This document shows, piece after piece, positions 12,137 to 23,570 of a DNA stretch of 64,000 nucleotides. Position 1 is the stretch's first letter. Each line of letters begins with the position of its first letter. A program made the position numbers and the translations under genes. Under the pieces are notes generated by a model. It ran no database searches and was not told the origin of the DNA. It saw only the letters and a list, made by a program, of their open reading frames with translations. This DNA comes from Octopus sinensis (lineage: Eukaryota): the NCBI RefSeq assembly GCF_006345805.1, contig NC_043005.1:3658001-3722000 (forward strand), given 5' to 3'.

Positions 12137-13605
12137 CCAGCTTTCTATTTTCTTCCAGTACTGTCTCAACAATGGTGCTACTCCGGAGCAGTGGAAAACT
12201 GCCAGTGTCATTCCTCTGTTCAAAAAGGGCGACCGCACATCACCTGTCAACTATCGCCCAGTCAGTCTCACTAGCTGTATTGCAAAACTGATGGAATCGT
12301 GTGTCAGAGAAACACTCTGGAACTTCTGGAGCTCTCACAGTCTCATCCGACCCTCACAATATGGATTTGTCCCTAACTCCAGCTGCAGTGACCAGCTTGT
12401 CGAGTTCCTTGAGGACATTACTCAGATTACTGACAGTGGCTCATGGGTGGATGTTGTCTACCTTGACTTTGCTAAGGCTTTCAACTCTGTGCCACACAAA
12501 AGGCTTATGGTGAAACTCTCTGCAATGGGTGTGGGGGATGACCTTTTTAACTGGTTGAAATCCTTCATCCTCAGCCGAAAGGAGGTAGTAGTCACAGTTC
12601 TAGGACAGCACTCTACACCATATGAGATGTCATCGGGTGTACCACAGGGATCTGTCCTTGGTCCCCTCTTGTTTGTGGCATACATTAACGACATAGATGC
12701 CAATTTAAAGAATGCCACAGTATTGAAATATGCAGACGACATCAAGCTGTACCTTGAAATCAAGAGGACAGATCCTGATGTCTACAACTCTTTCCTGCAA
12801 TCAGACCTAGATACAATGCAGCAATGGATCACAGACTGGCAACTGAAACTGGCTGTGGACAAGTGTACCACCATGCATTTTGGGAGAAAAAACCCTGCGT
12901 TCACTTACTCCCTCCACAACACTGATATCAAGAAATCCTCTTTGCGAGCGTGACCTAGGCATCACTGTCAGCAGTGATTTGCGTTGGTCAAAGCATATCT
13001 CTAAGATTGTCAGGAAGGCCGAGGGTGTCTTGGCATCACTCAGCAGGTCTTTTGTTAGCCGCTCTCCAGCCATCTATTTAAAACTGTATACAGCTATGGT
13101 ACGACCACACTTGGAATTCGCATCATCAGTTTGGAACCCCTATCTTGCACAGAAATTGATCTCCTGGAATCTGTTCAGAGACGTGCAACCAAACGCATAC
13201 CCTCCATCAGACACCTACCATATTCTGAGCGCCTTGTTTCCCTGGGCATGGATTCACTGAAGCTCCGGCGTTTGGCGACGGACTGGTAAAACACACAAAG
13301 TTATCAACCACCTCACCAACAACAACACTGAACACCTTTTTGATCTCCATGTGTCTAACACACGTGGACATGCCTACAAAGTCAGAAAACAATACAGCTC
13401 CCATGACTTTCGGAAACATTTTTTCACGCTCAGAGTTGCTGAAGCATGGAATAAACTGCCTGCGTCAGTTGTTGACTGCCATGACACTGCATCTTTTAAG
13501 GCCCTCATGCTTTCCGAAATCCGCCGAAACTACACCTGATTATATATACACTTTAGATGAGTTGTAGTGCACCTGAGCACTGTACACAATTATTATTATT
13601 ATTAT
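12137..13605 (+). mobile_element. 5'-truncated CR1-clade LINE (RT domain + 3' UTR, (ATT)n tail)
   Basis: Open frame 12138-12953 reads WKTASVIPLFKKGDR..NYRPVSLTS, YLDFAKAFNSVPH, GVPQGSVLGPLLF, YADDIKLY. Later frames give ERDLGITVSSDLRWSKHI, MVRPHLEFASSVWNPY and FFTLRVAEAWNKLP. A few frameshifts are present. Confidence 0.95.
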
Positions 13606-13626
13606 ATATATACACACACACACACA

Positions 13627-14032
13627 TTCTTTTACTTGTTTCAGTAATCTTGACTGTGGCCATGCTGGAGCACTACCTTGTAGGGTTTTAATAAAACAAG
13701 TCAACCCCACAGCTTATATTTTAAAGCTTAGTACTTATTCTATTGGTCTCTTTTACTGAACCACTAGGTTACAGGGGTGTAAACACACCAACATCAGTTG
13801 TCAAGTGGTAAGGGGGTGGGACAAACACAGACACAAAGACATACATAGATACACAGACACACACGTGTGTGTGTGTATGATGGGATTCTTTCAGTTTCCA
13901 TTTACCTATCCACTCAAAAGATTTTGGTCAGCCCAAGGCTATAGTAGAAGACACTTGCCCAAGGTGCCACACAGTGGGACTGAACTAGGAACCATTTAGT
14001 TGGGAAGAAAGCTTCTTACCACACAGCCTCGC
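13627..14032 (-). mobile_element. SINE family B
   Basis: Same architecture as 3698-4092, more diverged. Confidence 0.8.
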
Positions 14033-14599
14033 ACGCATGTGTGTGTATGCCCACATTTTTTATATATACATATATTCTATTTAATAATATCTGTAGTTTT
14101 ATTTTGGGTAGCTATTGGTTACCTTGCATACCAAGATAGCAAGTCTTGTGTATACATAAAGCCTACGCGCATGTTCATAGATTCCACTTAATTGCATAAT
14201 TCTTATGCAATAAACTGGATTCTAATAGTAGGCAATAAATTACAAGATTTTAAAACATCGTTTTCATACATCTTTCACTGGTAAAGTATAGTGTTTTATG
14301 TATCTGTAACAATTAAAATAATTGTGTGTTCGTGATAGTCATGTCTGACCTTGGAAAGTACTTCGACCTGTCGTTCGCTCTTACACACTAAATACTCGCT
14401 CTAGCTTTTATGCAATTATATCTTATATGTACACAGCTCTGTCAATTACAACACACGGTGCTACAGGTCAATATGTTGCCAACGTTGTCGACAATGTGTA
14501 CGCTGAAATTCCCCACTGTTAAAAGTTAGGCATTCTTTTGGATTTTGATCACAAATGAAAAGTGGAAATATTGACGCTGGTCGACAGTACACAGGTGAA

Positions 14600-15060
14600 T
14601 GTATTTATACAGGCATCCCCGCAGTCTATTCTGCCGCCTTCACTTCTAGCTAAGGTGTATAGCGTTTTTGACACTGTTACAGGCCTTTTGGTAAGAGCCT
14701 AAGGCCTCCCTCTCGAGAGGAAACCAGACTCCAGCTCAGGATGTGAATACTTGAAAACGTCCTCTCCCTCCAATTGATGTTGGAAATCCCCACACGCACA
14801 CTTTCTAAAGATCTTCTTCGTGGCTCAGAAGTATCATGGATTCAGTGCCGAAGAAGGATAACGGGACAATGAAAAGTTTCTTCGGCCTGATGGGGATACT
14901 AGACTGACCCAAGCGCCTATCAATGTGGAGTAGCAGACCATACTGTGGAGCACAGCTTCGTCTGCCCTCTTCTACCCAACACCCGCAACTGAAAAGACTT
15001 TCCAGAGTTCAATAAAAAGACAAAGAACTGTGTAGAGAAAAGAGGAAATCGTCATACAGT
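14600..15060 (+). mobile_element. Ingi/Vingi-like LINE C-terminal zinc-knuckle fragment
   Basis: A single frame from 14702, with stops, reads GSEVSWIQCRRRITGQ*KVSSA*WGY*TDPSAYQCGVADHTVEHSFVCPLLP. This resembles LNRLRTGxGR...KWG...CxCG...T.xH...CP. Confidence 0.45.
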
Positions 15061-15616
15061 CATTAGGCTTCGAAAAATCGAAGGAAAAAGATCGCGTACG
15101 AAATAAATGATTCTAGAAATTGCAATACATTTCTGTAGGATTCAAAACCATTACCGAGATTGATAGTATTCATTTATCAAACACAAAATTCAAAAACATA
15201 ATTAAAGAAAAACTTTAAGTTTATGCTTATCGAACTGTAATAAAAAAAAAACCCGAAAGTTTTCAATTAATAAAAGCATTAACGAACAGAAAGTATCCAG
15301 CTTTCACATTCCAAATATCGATTCTTAAACGATCCACCTTATATTTTATTTATTTTCATTTTTATTTTTTTAATAATCAAACAACATTCGACAACTGCTG
15401 CAGGCAAAACAAGAGAAGCACAATTGTAAATTATGATATAACAATTTTTTTACGCTTTGTATACACGTAATTATGCTCCACCCAGTACAATCTAATTACA
15501 TATATATATATATATATATAAGTTCAGCAAAGATTTAGATTCAGATCAATATGGTACTTAAGTTAAAGGCACCAGAATTTGGTATGGTGTTATCCATATA
15601 AATCAAATGGGGTGAT

Positions 15617-15916
15617 TATAATCAAAATAAGCAACAAGGATATCCAAAGGTAGTGTGGTACAATCGTTTCATGCTACTTCATTTAATTAAACAATGTAAG
15701 TATTACATCAGTTTTAAAATGTTGAGCAATGTTGGCAAATGGAATAAGTATAAAAAATAAACATTGTCAATTTAATTTTTAAAATTCCATATTTGGCTGA
15801 AGAGTGCTCTACATTTTAAAACTGGTGTAATACTTACATTGTTTAATTAAATGAAGTAGCATGAAACGATTGTAACACACTGCCTTTGGATATCCTTGTT
15901 ACTTATTTTGATTATA
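15617..15916. mobile_element. Foldback MITE, 112-bp inverted arms
   Basis: Arms 15617-15728 and 15805-15916 differ at about 5 positions. The spacer is 76 bp and the ends are TA-like. Confidence 0.85.
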
Positions 15917-15929
15917 TATAGCGCCAAGA

Positions 15930-16300
15930 GACATCTCATGGATGCTCAGGTATATATTACCAGTGGTGTTTCTGGGACCTTAGGGGTTTCAGTTCTCTCA
16001 ATATCAGGCCCCCACCTCGTCGCAGCTTTCATCCCAGTAGCAGCAAACCAATTGTCTGCCCTGTTATCCAAAGCTACTTAATGGTCATCTCTATAAATTC
16101 AGTAATGGAAATGATGTTCCCGCTTTTTGCTGCAGCAGGAACTCCAAGCCGAGTCAGAGCTTTGCAGAATGAACGCTCAAAGAAAAAAGAAAGAAAGAAA
16201 GAAACAGGCAACCCAATTCAGTTACCTCGCAATGTACTTGCGAGTCATGTTTCTACACTATTCCAATAGCTCTTGATATTTAGCAGGCTTCCTTTCGGGT
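15930..16300 (-). mobile_element. HERO-like (restriction-like endonuclease) non-LTR 3' fragment
   Basis: Reads ERKPAKYQELLE*CR (16296-16261 onward) and FCKALTRLGVPAAAK...ITEFIE...LWI. These resemble the recalled HERO C-terminus (ERKxAKYQELxEECR; LCxALxxLG...ITEAAE.ASRWLW). A UTR shared with 49480-49585 follows. Confidence 0.55.
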
Positions 16301-16681
16301 CATAGTGCTAGTGCATGCATATACAGCTGCATGCATGTGCACATACATGCGAGTACTGTCCAAATCTTCGACCAATCACATACAGCTAGCTGGCATTCAA
16401 TTGGTGTATCAAGTTTCGGGCATTTTGATTGGGTTTTGGATAGAAAATTCACAAAAAAAGTCACTTCTATTGATTTTTTAATTGCTTTGCGGGGTGACTG
16501 GGGAAATGTAAAGATGTGCACGACCACCCTTGGACGGTTTTGAATGACCATAGAAAGTGCGAGACCTCTAACAGAAAAATTGTGGATTTGTATAAAGGAT
16601 ACACACACACACACAGACATTTTGCCGTTTATATATAGAGAGATATTGGCATGACAATCATTCCGACTTTTCCCCTTCAGA

Positions 16682-16745
16682 CAAGGGTGTCAAACAGGTG
16701 GCCCGTGGGCCAGGTCTGGCCTGCAACCATGTTCAGCCTGTCCTC
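16682..16745 (+). mobile_element. hAT-type transposon terminus fragment
   Basis: CAAGGGTGTCAAACAGGTGGCCCGTGGGCC resembles hAT termini of the CAGGGGTGTCAAAC...GGCCCGCGGGCC type. Confidence 0.45.
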
Positions 16746-18145
16746 TTTCATAAACGAAAAGCATGTTTATTTTTAATAGTAAAATATTTTGCAAGATATA
16801 TACCGCTAGCACGCGTTCAAAGTTATAATATATACTGACCCCATTATTCATTTACTCTAAACCCACATTATAATGAGTTTTAGAAATAATAGCCCCTACC
16901 CTCAAACATCCTTAAAACCTGAACGAATGTGACATGAGGTTTTCTAATTTACATTCAGTCTTCAAATTATCCAAGGTTACCAAAACTCAAAACGTTCCGA
17001 CAAAAACTTTCACACTTTAAACTATTATATAAAAAAACAAATTGAATAAAAAAAAAAGAGTCATGGGATTAATTAATTAATTAATCACCGGTTAATGTAA
17101 TCGATATTAAGTTAAAGCAACGAGATAGCATAGATGCGTCGTTTGTTTCTAAAACTGATGTATGGAAAAATAGTATCTCACTCATAATCTGCAAATTCAG
17201 TGAAGTAGTGGAAATAAAGGTTGTGGCATGGCAGACGTACACAAGTGTGACGTCCCCCACACACACACACACACACCGACTTTGTTTCCTCATAACTTTA
17301 AGAAAAATTGATATTTTTAGTGAAATTTTCTACAAATACCATTGCGATGGTGTAGATTACGGGCGCAGGCGTGGCCACATGTGAGCCCATCGTATACATG
17401 TAACCTGTTGAGGTTTCTTCTGCACTGTGGGGCGCATTCGATTCTATTATATCGGTCCCTACCCACTAGGGAGTAGTGCAGAAACGATCGTTGCTCTAAA
17501 TAACTACACTCTGTCTTCAATATCAATCATTTAAAATGTGTGTGTGTGTGGTTGTTCGCCCACCACTGCTTGACAACCAGTGTTGGTGTGTTTGCGTCCC
17601 CTGTAACTTAGCGGCTCGGCAAAAGATCAATAGAATAACTACCAGGCTTTAAAAAAAGTACTGGGGCCGATTCGTTCGACTAAAAATTCAAGGCGGTGCC
17701 CCAGCGTGGCCACCGTCTAATAACTGAAATAAGTAATGGTGGGCGCGCACACATCCCTACTGACATACATCACACGAAAATGTGAAACCGTTAATCCAGT
17801 CACGCTTTCTCTCTCCGTTTTCTTTCCTCACACAATTTCAAGTTTCGTTTAGCCGTGACCTACAAAGATGTCAAATTTACCCATTTCTCTGGAGGTTGAA
17901 AAAATTATTATGAACTGCCGGAATCGATTTCGACCCTTATTGAGGTTCTTGACCAACTCCAGACGAACAAGGAGTCATTTTGTTAATATATATATATATA
18001 TATATATATACTTAGATAACTTAGATATGTTTCGACCAAAGATTGGTCCAGGCCATGTCTAACTTAATAGCACCACCTGATAGGATTATTCGAATCCTGT
18101 TTAAGTCAAGTTTTGTTCAAGTAGTGAGTTCTTGTTGGGTATATA

Positions 18146-18605
18146 TCATCATCATCATCATCATCATCGTTTAACGTCCGCTTTCCATGCTAGCATGGGT
18201 TGGACGGTTCAACTGGGGTCTGGAAAGCCCGAAGGCTGCACCAGGGCAGTCAGATCTGGCAGTGTTTCTACAGCTGGATGCCCTTCCTAACGCCAACCAC
18301 TCCGAGAGTGTAGTGGGTGATTTTATGTGCCACCGACACAGGTGCCAGACGAGGCTGGCAGACGGCCACGCTCGGATGGTGTTTTCTTATGTGTCACCGA
18401 TACAGGTGCCAGACGATGCTGGCGAACGGCCACGCTCAGATGGTGTTTGTTACGTGCCCTCAGCACGGAGGCCAGTCGTTGCGGTACTGGCTACGGTCAC
18501 GTTCGGATGGTTTTCTTTTGTGCCACCGGCACTGGTACCACAAGGATACAAATTCCATTGATGTTCATCTATTTTGATTTGGTTCGATTTGATTTGATTT
18601 GATTT
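18146..18605 (-). mobile_element. Family C copy
   Basis: Reverse complement of the family C tail with a (CAT)n start, very similar to 10700-11168. Confidence 0.85.
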
Positions 18606-18856
18606 GATATATATATATCAAATCTTGTACTTTCACAGGATTGGAGCTTCTAATTCACATACCATAATACTGAATATTAAGGGTCTGTCAAGTTATGATA
18701 TGTATGTAAAGCTACGTGTGTGTGTGTGTGTGTGTGTGTATGCGCGCGTGACCGCTTTTCCCCCCGCATCCGATTCCGATATAACCGTCCTCTACACCAC
18801 CTGAAAGATGTTTGTACAAAATTTCATTAAAAAATATCAATTTCTCAGAAAGTTAC

Positions 18857-19215
18857 GAAGGTGTGGCTGTGTGGTAAGAAGCTTGCTTCCCAACCACATG
18901 GTTCCGGGTTCAGTCTCACTGCGTGACACCTTGGGCAAGTGTCTTCTACTATAGCTTCAGGCCAACCAAAGCTTTGTGAGTGGATTTGGTAGACGGAAAC
19001 TGAAAGAAGCCCGTTGCATATGTGTGTGTGTGTCTGTTTGTCCCCCCCCCTCCACCACCACCATCGTTTAACAACCGATGTTGGCAAAAGAAACTGATAA
19101 AATAAGTACTAGATTTACGAAAAGAATAAGTCCTGGGGTCGAACTGTTCGACTAAATGCGATGTCCCAGCATGTCCGCAGTCAAATGACAAAAAAAATTA
19201 AATAAAAGAATAAAC
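18857..19215 (+). mobile_element. SINE family B
   Basis: Head GGTGTGGCTGTGTGGTAAGAAGCTTGC, CORE-like CCTTGGGCAAGTGTCTTC. Confidence 0.85.
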
Positions 19216-19743
19216 AGTGGTTCACACCTGTGCAGGTATTGCCAAATAACACCTGTTGTTTATTCATTAAGTCTCAAATCAGCTCTGACCGACCAGACTT
19301 ATGAAGCAGAGACAATCTAGTTTTGCATTTCGTCTTTTTAAACACCCAGGACTACTCTGTTCAACATGTCCTTCCTTATTTAAGCTGTAGGGTGTGATTT
19401 GGCTACTGTCTCTAGCAAAGTCTTTGACCATGTCGAGGTTCCTTTGGGTCCCGTCCTTTTAACATGTGAAAACAGATACTTCCAGAATCGCTTTATTCAC
19501 ATAAAATCAATTTTTATGACACACCTGATGACTTTTTGTCATCACTGAAAAAAATTGATGAAATGAAATGCAAGCAATTAATTAAAATTAACGTTATTAG
19601 CATCTGTAATTAACCAGCAACAATTTCGAGTGCTTTAAAAAGTTATGAAATTATCAGATATGCGATGCAACGGAATCGACACTGTATATCATTCAATGAG
19701 TTTACAGACGAGAATATGAAGACAATGATTCGTGTGTGCATAT

Positions 19744-20153
19744 TACTCTTTACTCTTTTTACTTGTTTCAGTCACTTGACTGCGGCCATGCTGGAGCACC
19801 GCCTTTAGTCGAGCAAAATCGACCCCGGGACTTATTCTTTGTAAGCCCAGTACTTATTCTATCGGTCTCCTTTGCCGAACCGCTAAGTGACGGGAACGTA
19901 AACACACCAGCATCGGTTGTCAAGCAATGCTAGGGGAACAAACACAGACACACAAACATATTCACACACACTTATATATATATGCATATATACGACAGGC
20001 TTCTTTCAGTTTCCGTCTACCAAATCCACTCACAAGGCATTGGTCGGCCCGGGGCTATAGCAGAAGACACGTGCCCAAGATGCCACGCAGTGGGACTGAA
20101 CCCGGAACCATGTGGTTGGTTAGTAAGCTACTTACCAAACAGCCACTCCTGCG

Positions 20154-20157
<4 letters not shown>
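19744..20157 (-). mobile_element. SINE family B, young full-length copy
   Basis: Complete head, core, (CA)n and tail, nearly collinear with 43645-44070. Confidence 0.88.
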
Positions 20158-20200
<43 letters not shown>

Positions 20201-20304
20201 GCACACAGAGGTATACACAAATATACACACATATGCACACACATATATTATACACACCTACAATGTTGACATCAATGTCAAGTGACCGAACAAAAGTTAG
20301 GGCA

Positions 20305-20800
20305 TAACTACAGATTGATGCCCCACAACTTTTATTCTTCGTAACTTACCAAAAAATGCACCTTTTTTTTAATGAAATTTTGCAGAGATGTACTATCAAG
20401 TATGGCTATATTTATAACATAAAAATACTTCTTTGAAAAAGTTTAGGATCATTCTCGCTCCCTCCTAACTTTGTTTCTTCATATCTCTTCTTAAAATGTG
20501 TTTTTAAATGACATTTCGTAGAAATCCGTTTTCGAGAGGACAGATAATGATATGTTGATATTTCAAACACAAATCCCGAAGAAAACAAAACAAGCAAAAA
20601 GCGCCAACGAAAATTGATGATGAAGAAGTTGGGGTGAGAACTGCCCGAAACTCATCCAAACTTTTTTCTTTCTCAAATTTAATCAGCATATTCGTAATCT
20701 ACATCCTCGAAAATGCTTTTCTGCAAAGTTTTATTGGGAAATGAAAAAAAAGTTTCGAGGAAACAAAGTGAGCGGGGCACCAATCTGTAGATATTACAAG
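20305..20800. mobile_element. Unclassified family D element with inverted ACTTTGTTTCCTC.TAACTTT ends
   Basis: The motif recurs at 17277, 47326, rc 48600-48630, 57493 and 57650. Here it occurs twice forward and once inverted. Confidence 0.5.
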
Positions 20801-20940
20801 TGTTAGATAATTTATATAAACATACATACACAAGCTCTGTGTGTGTGTGTGTGTAATACATACACTTACATAAAACCGACGCAGACATATATGGAACCAT
20901 TATGCCTAATTTTGCCAGGCAAATACATACACACATCAGC

Positions 20941-20985
<45 letters not shown>

Positions 20986-21438
20986 TGCACATCCAGACAT
21001 GGCAACAAAACATGCACACACGCACACATTCCCCATTCTCTCACATGACAATGATACACGTGTACACAATACGATTTGTCTTTCGTTTTTGTTTGTTTTT
21101 ATCGTTTTAGTCAATAGAAAAGTCGGTGTCTTTGACCCTTTAAACGGCCTCCAAAACTGAAAGGAAGAAATCTTCAAACCAGAAACCCTGACCCAATTCC
21201 TTCTATAGTGCGGAGTCCGCGGATCTTTTCGGTTTGAACGGCAGTTTTTTTCTAGCGGTGTCATATGAAATTGTCACCCATAATTATGACCCTAGTATCG
21301 ATCTATTGCATTTCAATCTGTGTTAGGGTTAGGGGGAAGATTATCTTTTTTTCTTCAGAAATGTAAATAAACCCAATCTGTTTCTTAAACGAGGGACAGA
21401 ATGTTTTCACCTCAATAGACGTCATTGATTGGTTGAAA

Positions 21439-23570
21439 TTGCAAATAGCCACTAGTTTTGTGAATGAACACTGAAAGGCATATTAACTTAAGAGAAAGTA
21501 ATTATAAAAAAATTATACCCTTCATGTAGCTCTGAGTTGATTAAAACTATCAGTGAAAGTCGACAGGTGGAGAGAGAGAGAGAGAGAGAGAGACACACAC
21601 ACACACACAGATATATGTATGTATGTCAGGTGTAGCTTTCCAACATGGTTTTGAGTTCAATTCCACATCAAGTGTCTTCTACTTGTTGTCCCCTCTGTGT
21701 TTAGCCCCTTGTGGGTAGTAGAGAAATAACTCATCCACCTGAATGGAGTGAAGCAATGTGAAATAAAGTGTCTTGCTCAAGGACACAACATACCACTGGG
21801 AATCAAACCTACAACCATGATCCAAACACCTTAACCACTAAGCCATATGCCTTCACCCTACCACTCAAATGGGTTAAGCCAATGACTTATTTTATGAAGT
21901 CTGAATGGACGAAAAACAGTAAAAAAAACTAAAAAAAAAACTTTAGAAATCAAAAAGAAACTTCTTAACAAAAGGAAACAAAACAAAGAAGAAAAAAAGA
22001 AAAGGTATTTAGTCAGGCACTGTGTAGGTGCCTGCCAACTGTCATCATGATATCATGACTTATTCTATATACACTTCCAATATCAGGTCAGGGCCTAAAG
22101 AACAAGCCCTCAAATATGAGGGTGAATACAACTGATTAATATTTGACAGATGCTGTATTTGATAAACTAAAACATGCGCAGGCATATTAGATGTGCCCCA
22201 ATTTCAACAGCACCATATGAGGAAAAACTACTTTTAGTGAACTAAAGCATGTACTATTTAACGCTTTAGCATTTTAAACCAGCCATATCTGGCCAAAATA
22301 ATCTGTTTTACCTTCAAACTGGCCAGATCCGGTCCCTCTACAATATTATTCTAAAAATAAACAATCACGTCACTGCAAACTCAACGCTTCAGGATAATGC
22401 AGGACAAATTCAAATCAATGTGAATAAATAAGCAAAGACCTGCGATGATTTATAATTGGTAAAAAATAGCTTGTACACCATCAAATATGAAGGTATATGA
22501 TCCAGTGGTTAGGGTATTGCACTTGTGATCACTATATCATGAGTTCAATTCCTAGACCAGGCTGTGTGTTGTGTTCTTGAGCAAAATACTTCCGTTTCAT
22601 GTTGCTCTAGTGGGTGAGAAAGTGGCGGAATTGTTGAAGCATCGGCAGAAATGCTTTATAGTATACCTTCCAGCTCTCTACATTCCAAGTTCAAATCCTA
22701 CCTGAATAAATTGGCTAAATGGCTGCTACACAAGGATGCTACGAATGGCCCTAAATGTGAAATGGCAGCAGCATGTGGCAAATGAATGCCTTTATGGAGA
22801 CCTGTCGAAAGTTAGCAAGAAAATCTGGCAAAAGACTGAATTTCATAGATGGAAACTGTATGGAAACTTCTGTGTGTGTGTGTCTGTCCCCAACAGTGCT
22901 TGATAACCAATGTTAGTTTGTTTACGGCCCTGTAACTTAGTGGTTCAGAAAAAGAGGCCAACAGAATACCAACCTTAAAATAAATACTGGGGTTGCTTTG
23001 TGTGACTAAACCATTGAAAGCATTGCCCCAGCATGGCCACAGTTCAAAAAATATAAAAGATAATAATTAAAATTACCCAGTGATATTAACAAATTAGTGC
23101 GTTATTTACTTTGACAGGACCTTTTGCATGGACTGACAGTACATAAAAACTTTCTTATTAATATCATTGATAGAGGAGAACCATCTGGCTTGGCCACGAG
23201 AACTGCCGCAATCATGTGACTTTGCTCAGTTTTAAGCTCTTCAGTGACAGACACCTGGCAACATTCTAACAGCCAAATCTCCTGTCAAAAATACACAGAA
23301 TATCAGTGCCTGTTGAGGAACTGATGTTGCAAATAGCCACTAGTTTTGTGAATGAACACTGAAAGGCATATTAACTTAAGAGAAAGTAATTATACCCTTC
23401 ATGTAGCTCTGAGTTGATTAAAACTATCAGTGAAAGTCGACAGGTGGATAGAGACACACACACACACACACACACACACAGATATATATGTATGTATGTC
23501 AGGTGTAGCTTTCCAACATGGTTTTGAGTTCAATTGCACATCATGATGCCTTAGACAAGTGTCTTCTACT
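21439..23570 (+). repeat. Local ~245-bp direct duplication (21439-21683 and 23327-23570)
   Basis: TTGCAAATAGCCACTAGTTTTGTGAATG...GTCGACAGGTGGA is near-identical apart from an 11-bp indel. The copies include the following microsatellite and SINE stub. Confidence 0.85.

Noticed and set aside
15975-16012. Hammerhead-like CTGAT..GA...GAAAC in the HERO-like UTR (minus strand)
   Set aside because: Stem I is absent, stem II does not pair, and the second copy at about 49510 lacks the core bases.
17830-17985. Exon-like YYELPESISTLIEVLDQLQTNKESFC segment
   Set aside because: An in-frame stop lies directly upstream, there is no convincing splice pair, and no homology was recognised.
21318-21335. TTAGGGTTAGGG telomeric repeat
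   Set aside because: Only two units, embedded in an interspersed repeat.
23115-23300. Candidate RNF11 exon 3 (DLAVRMLPGVCH after an AG acceptor, minus strand)
   Set aside because: Only superficial resemblance to GDxxRxLPCMH; a stop follows immediately and the RING cysteine spacing is absent.
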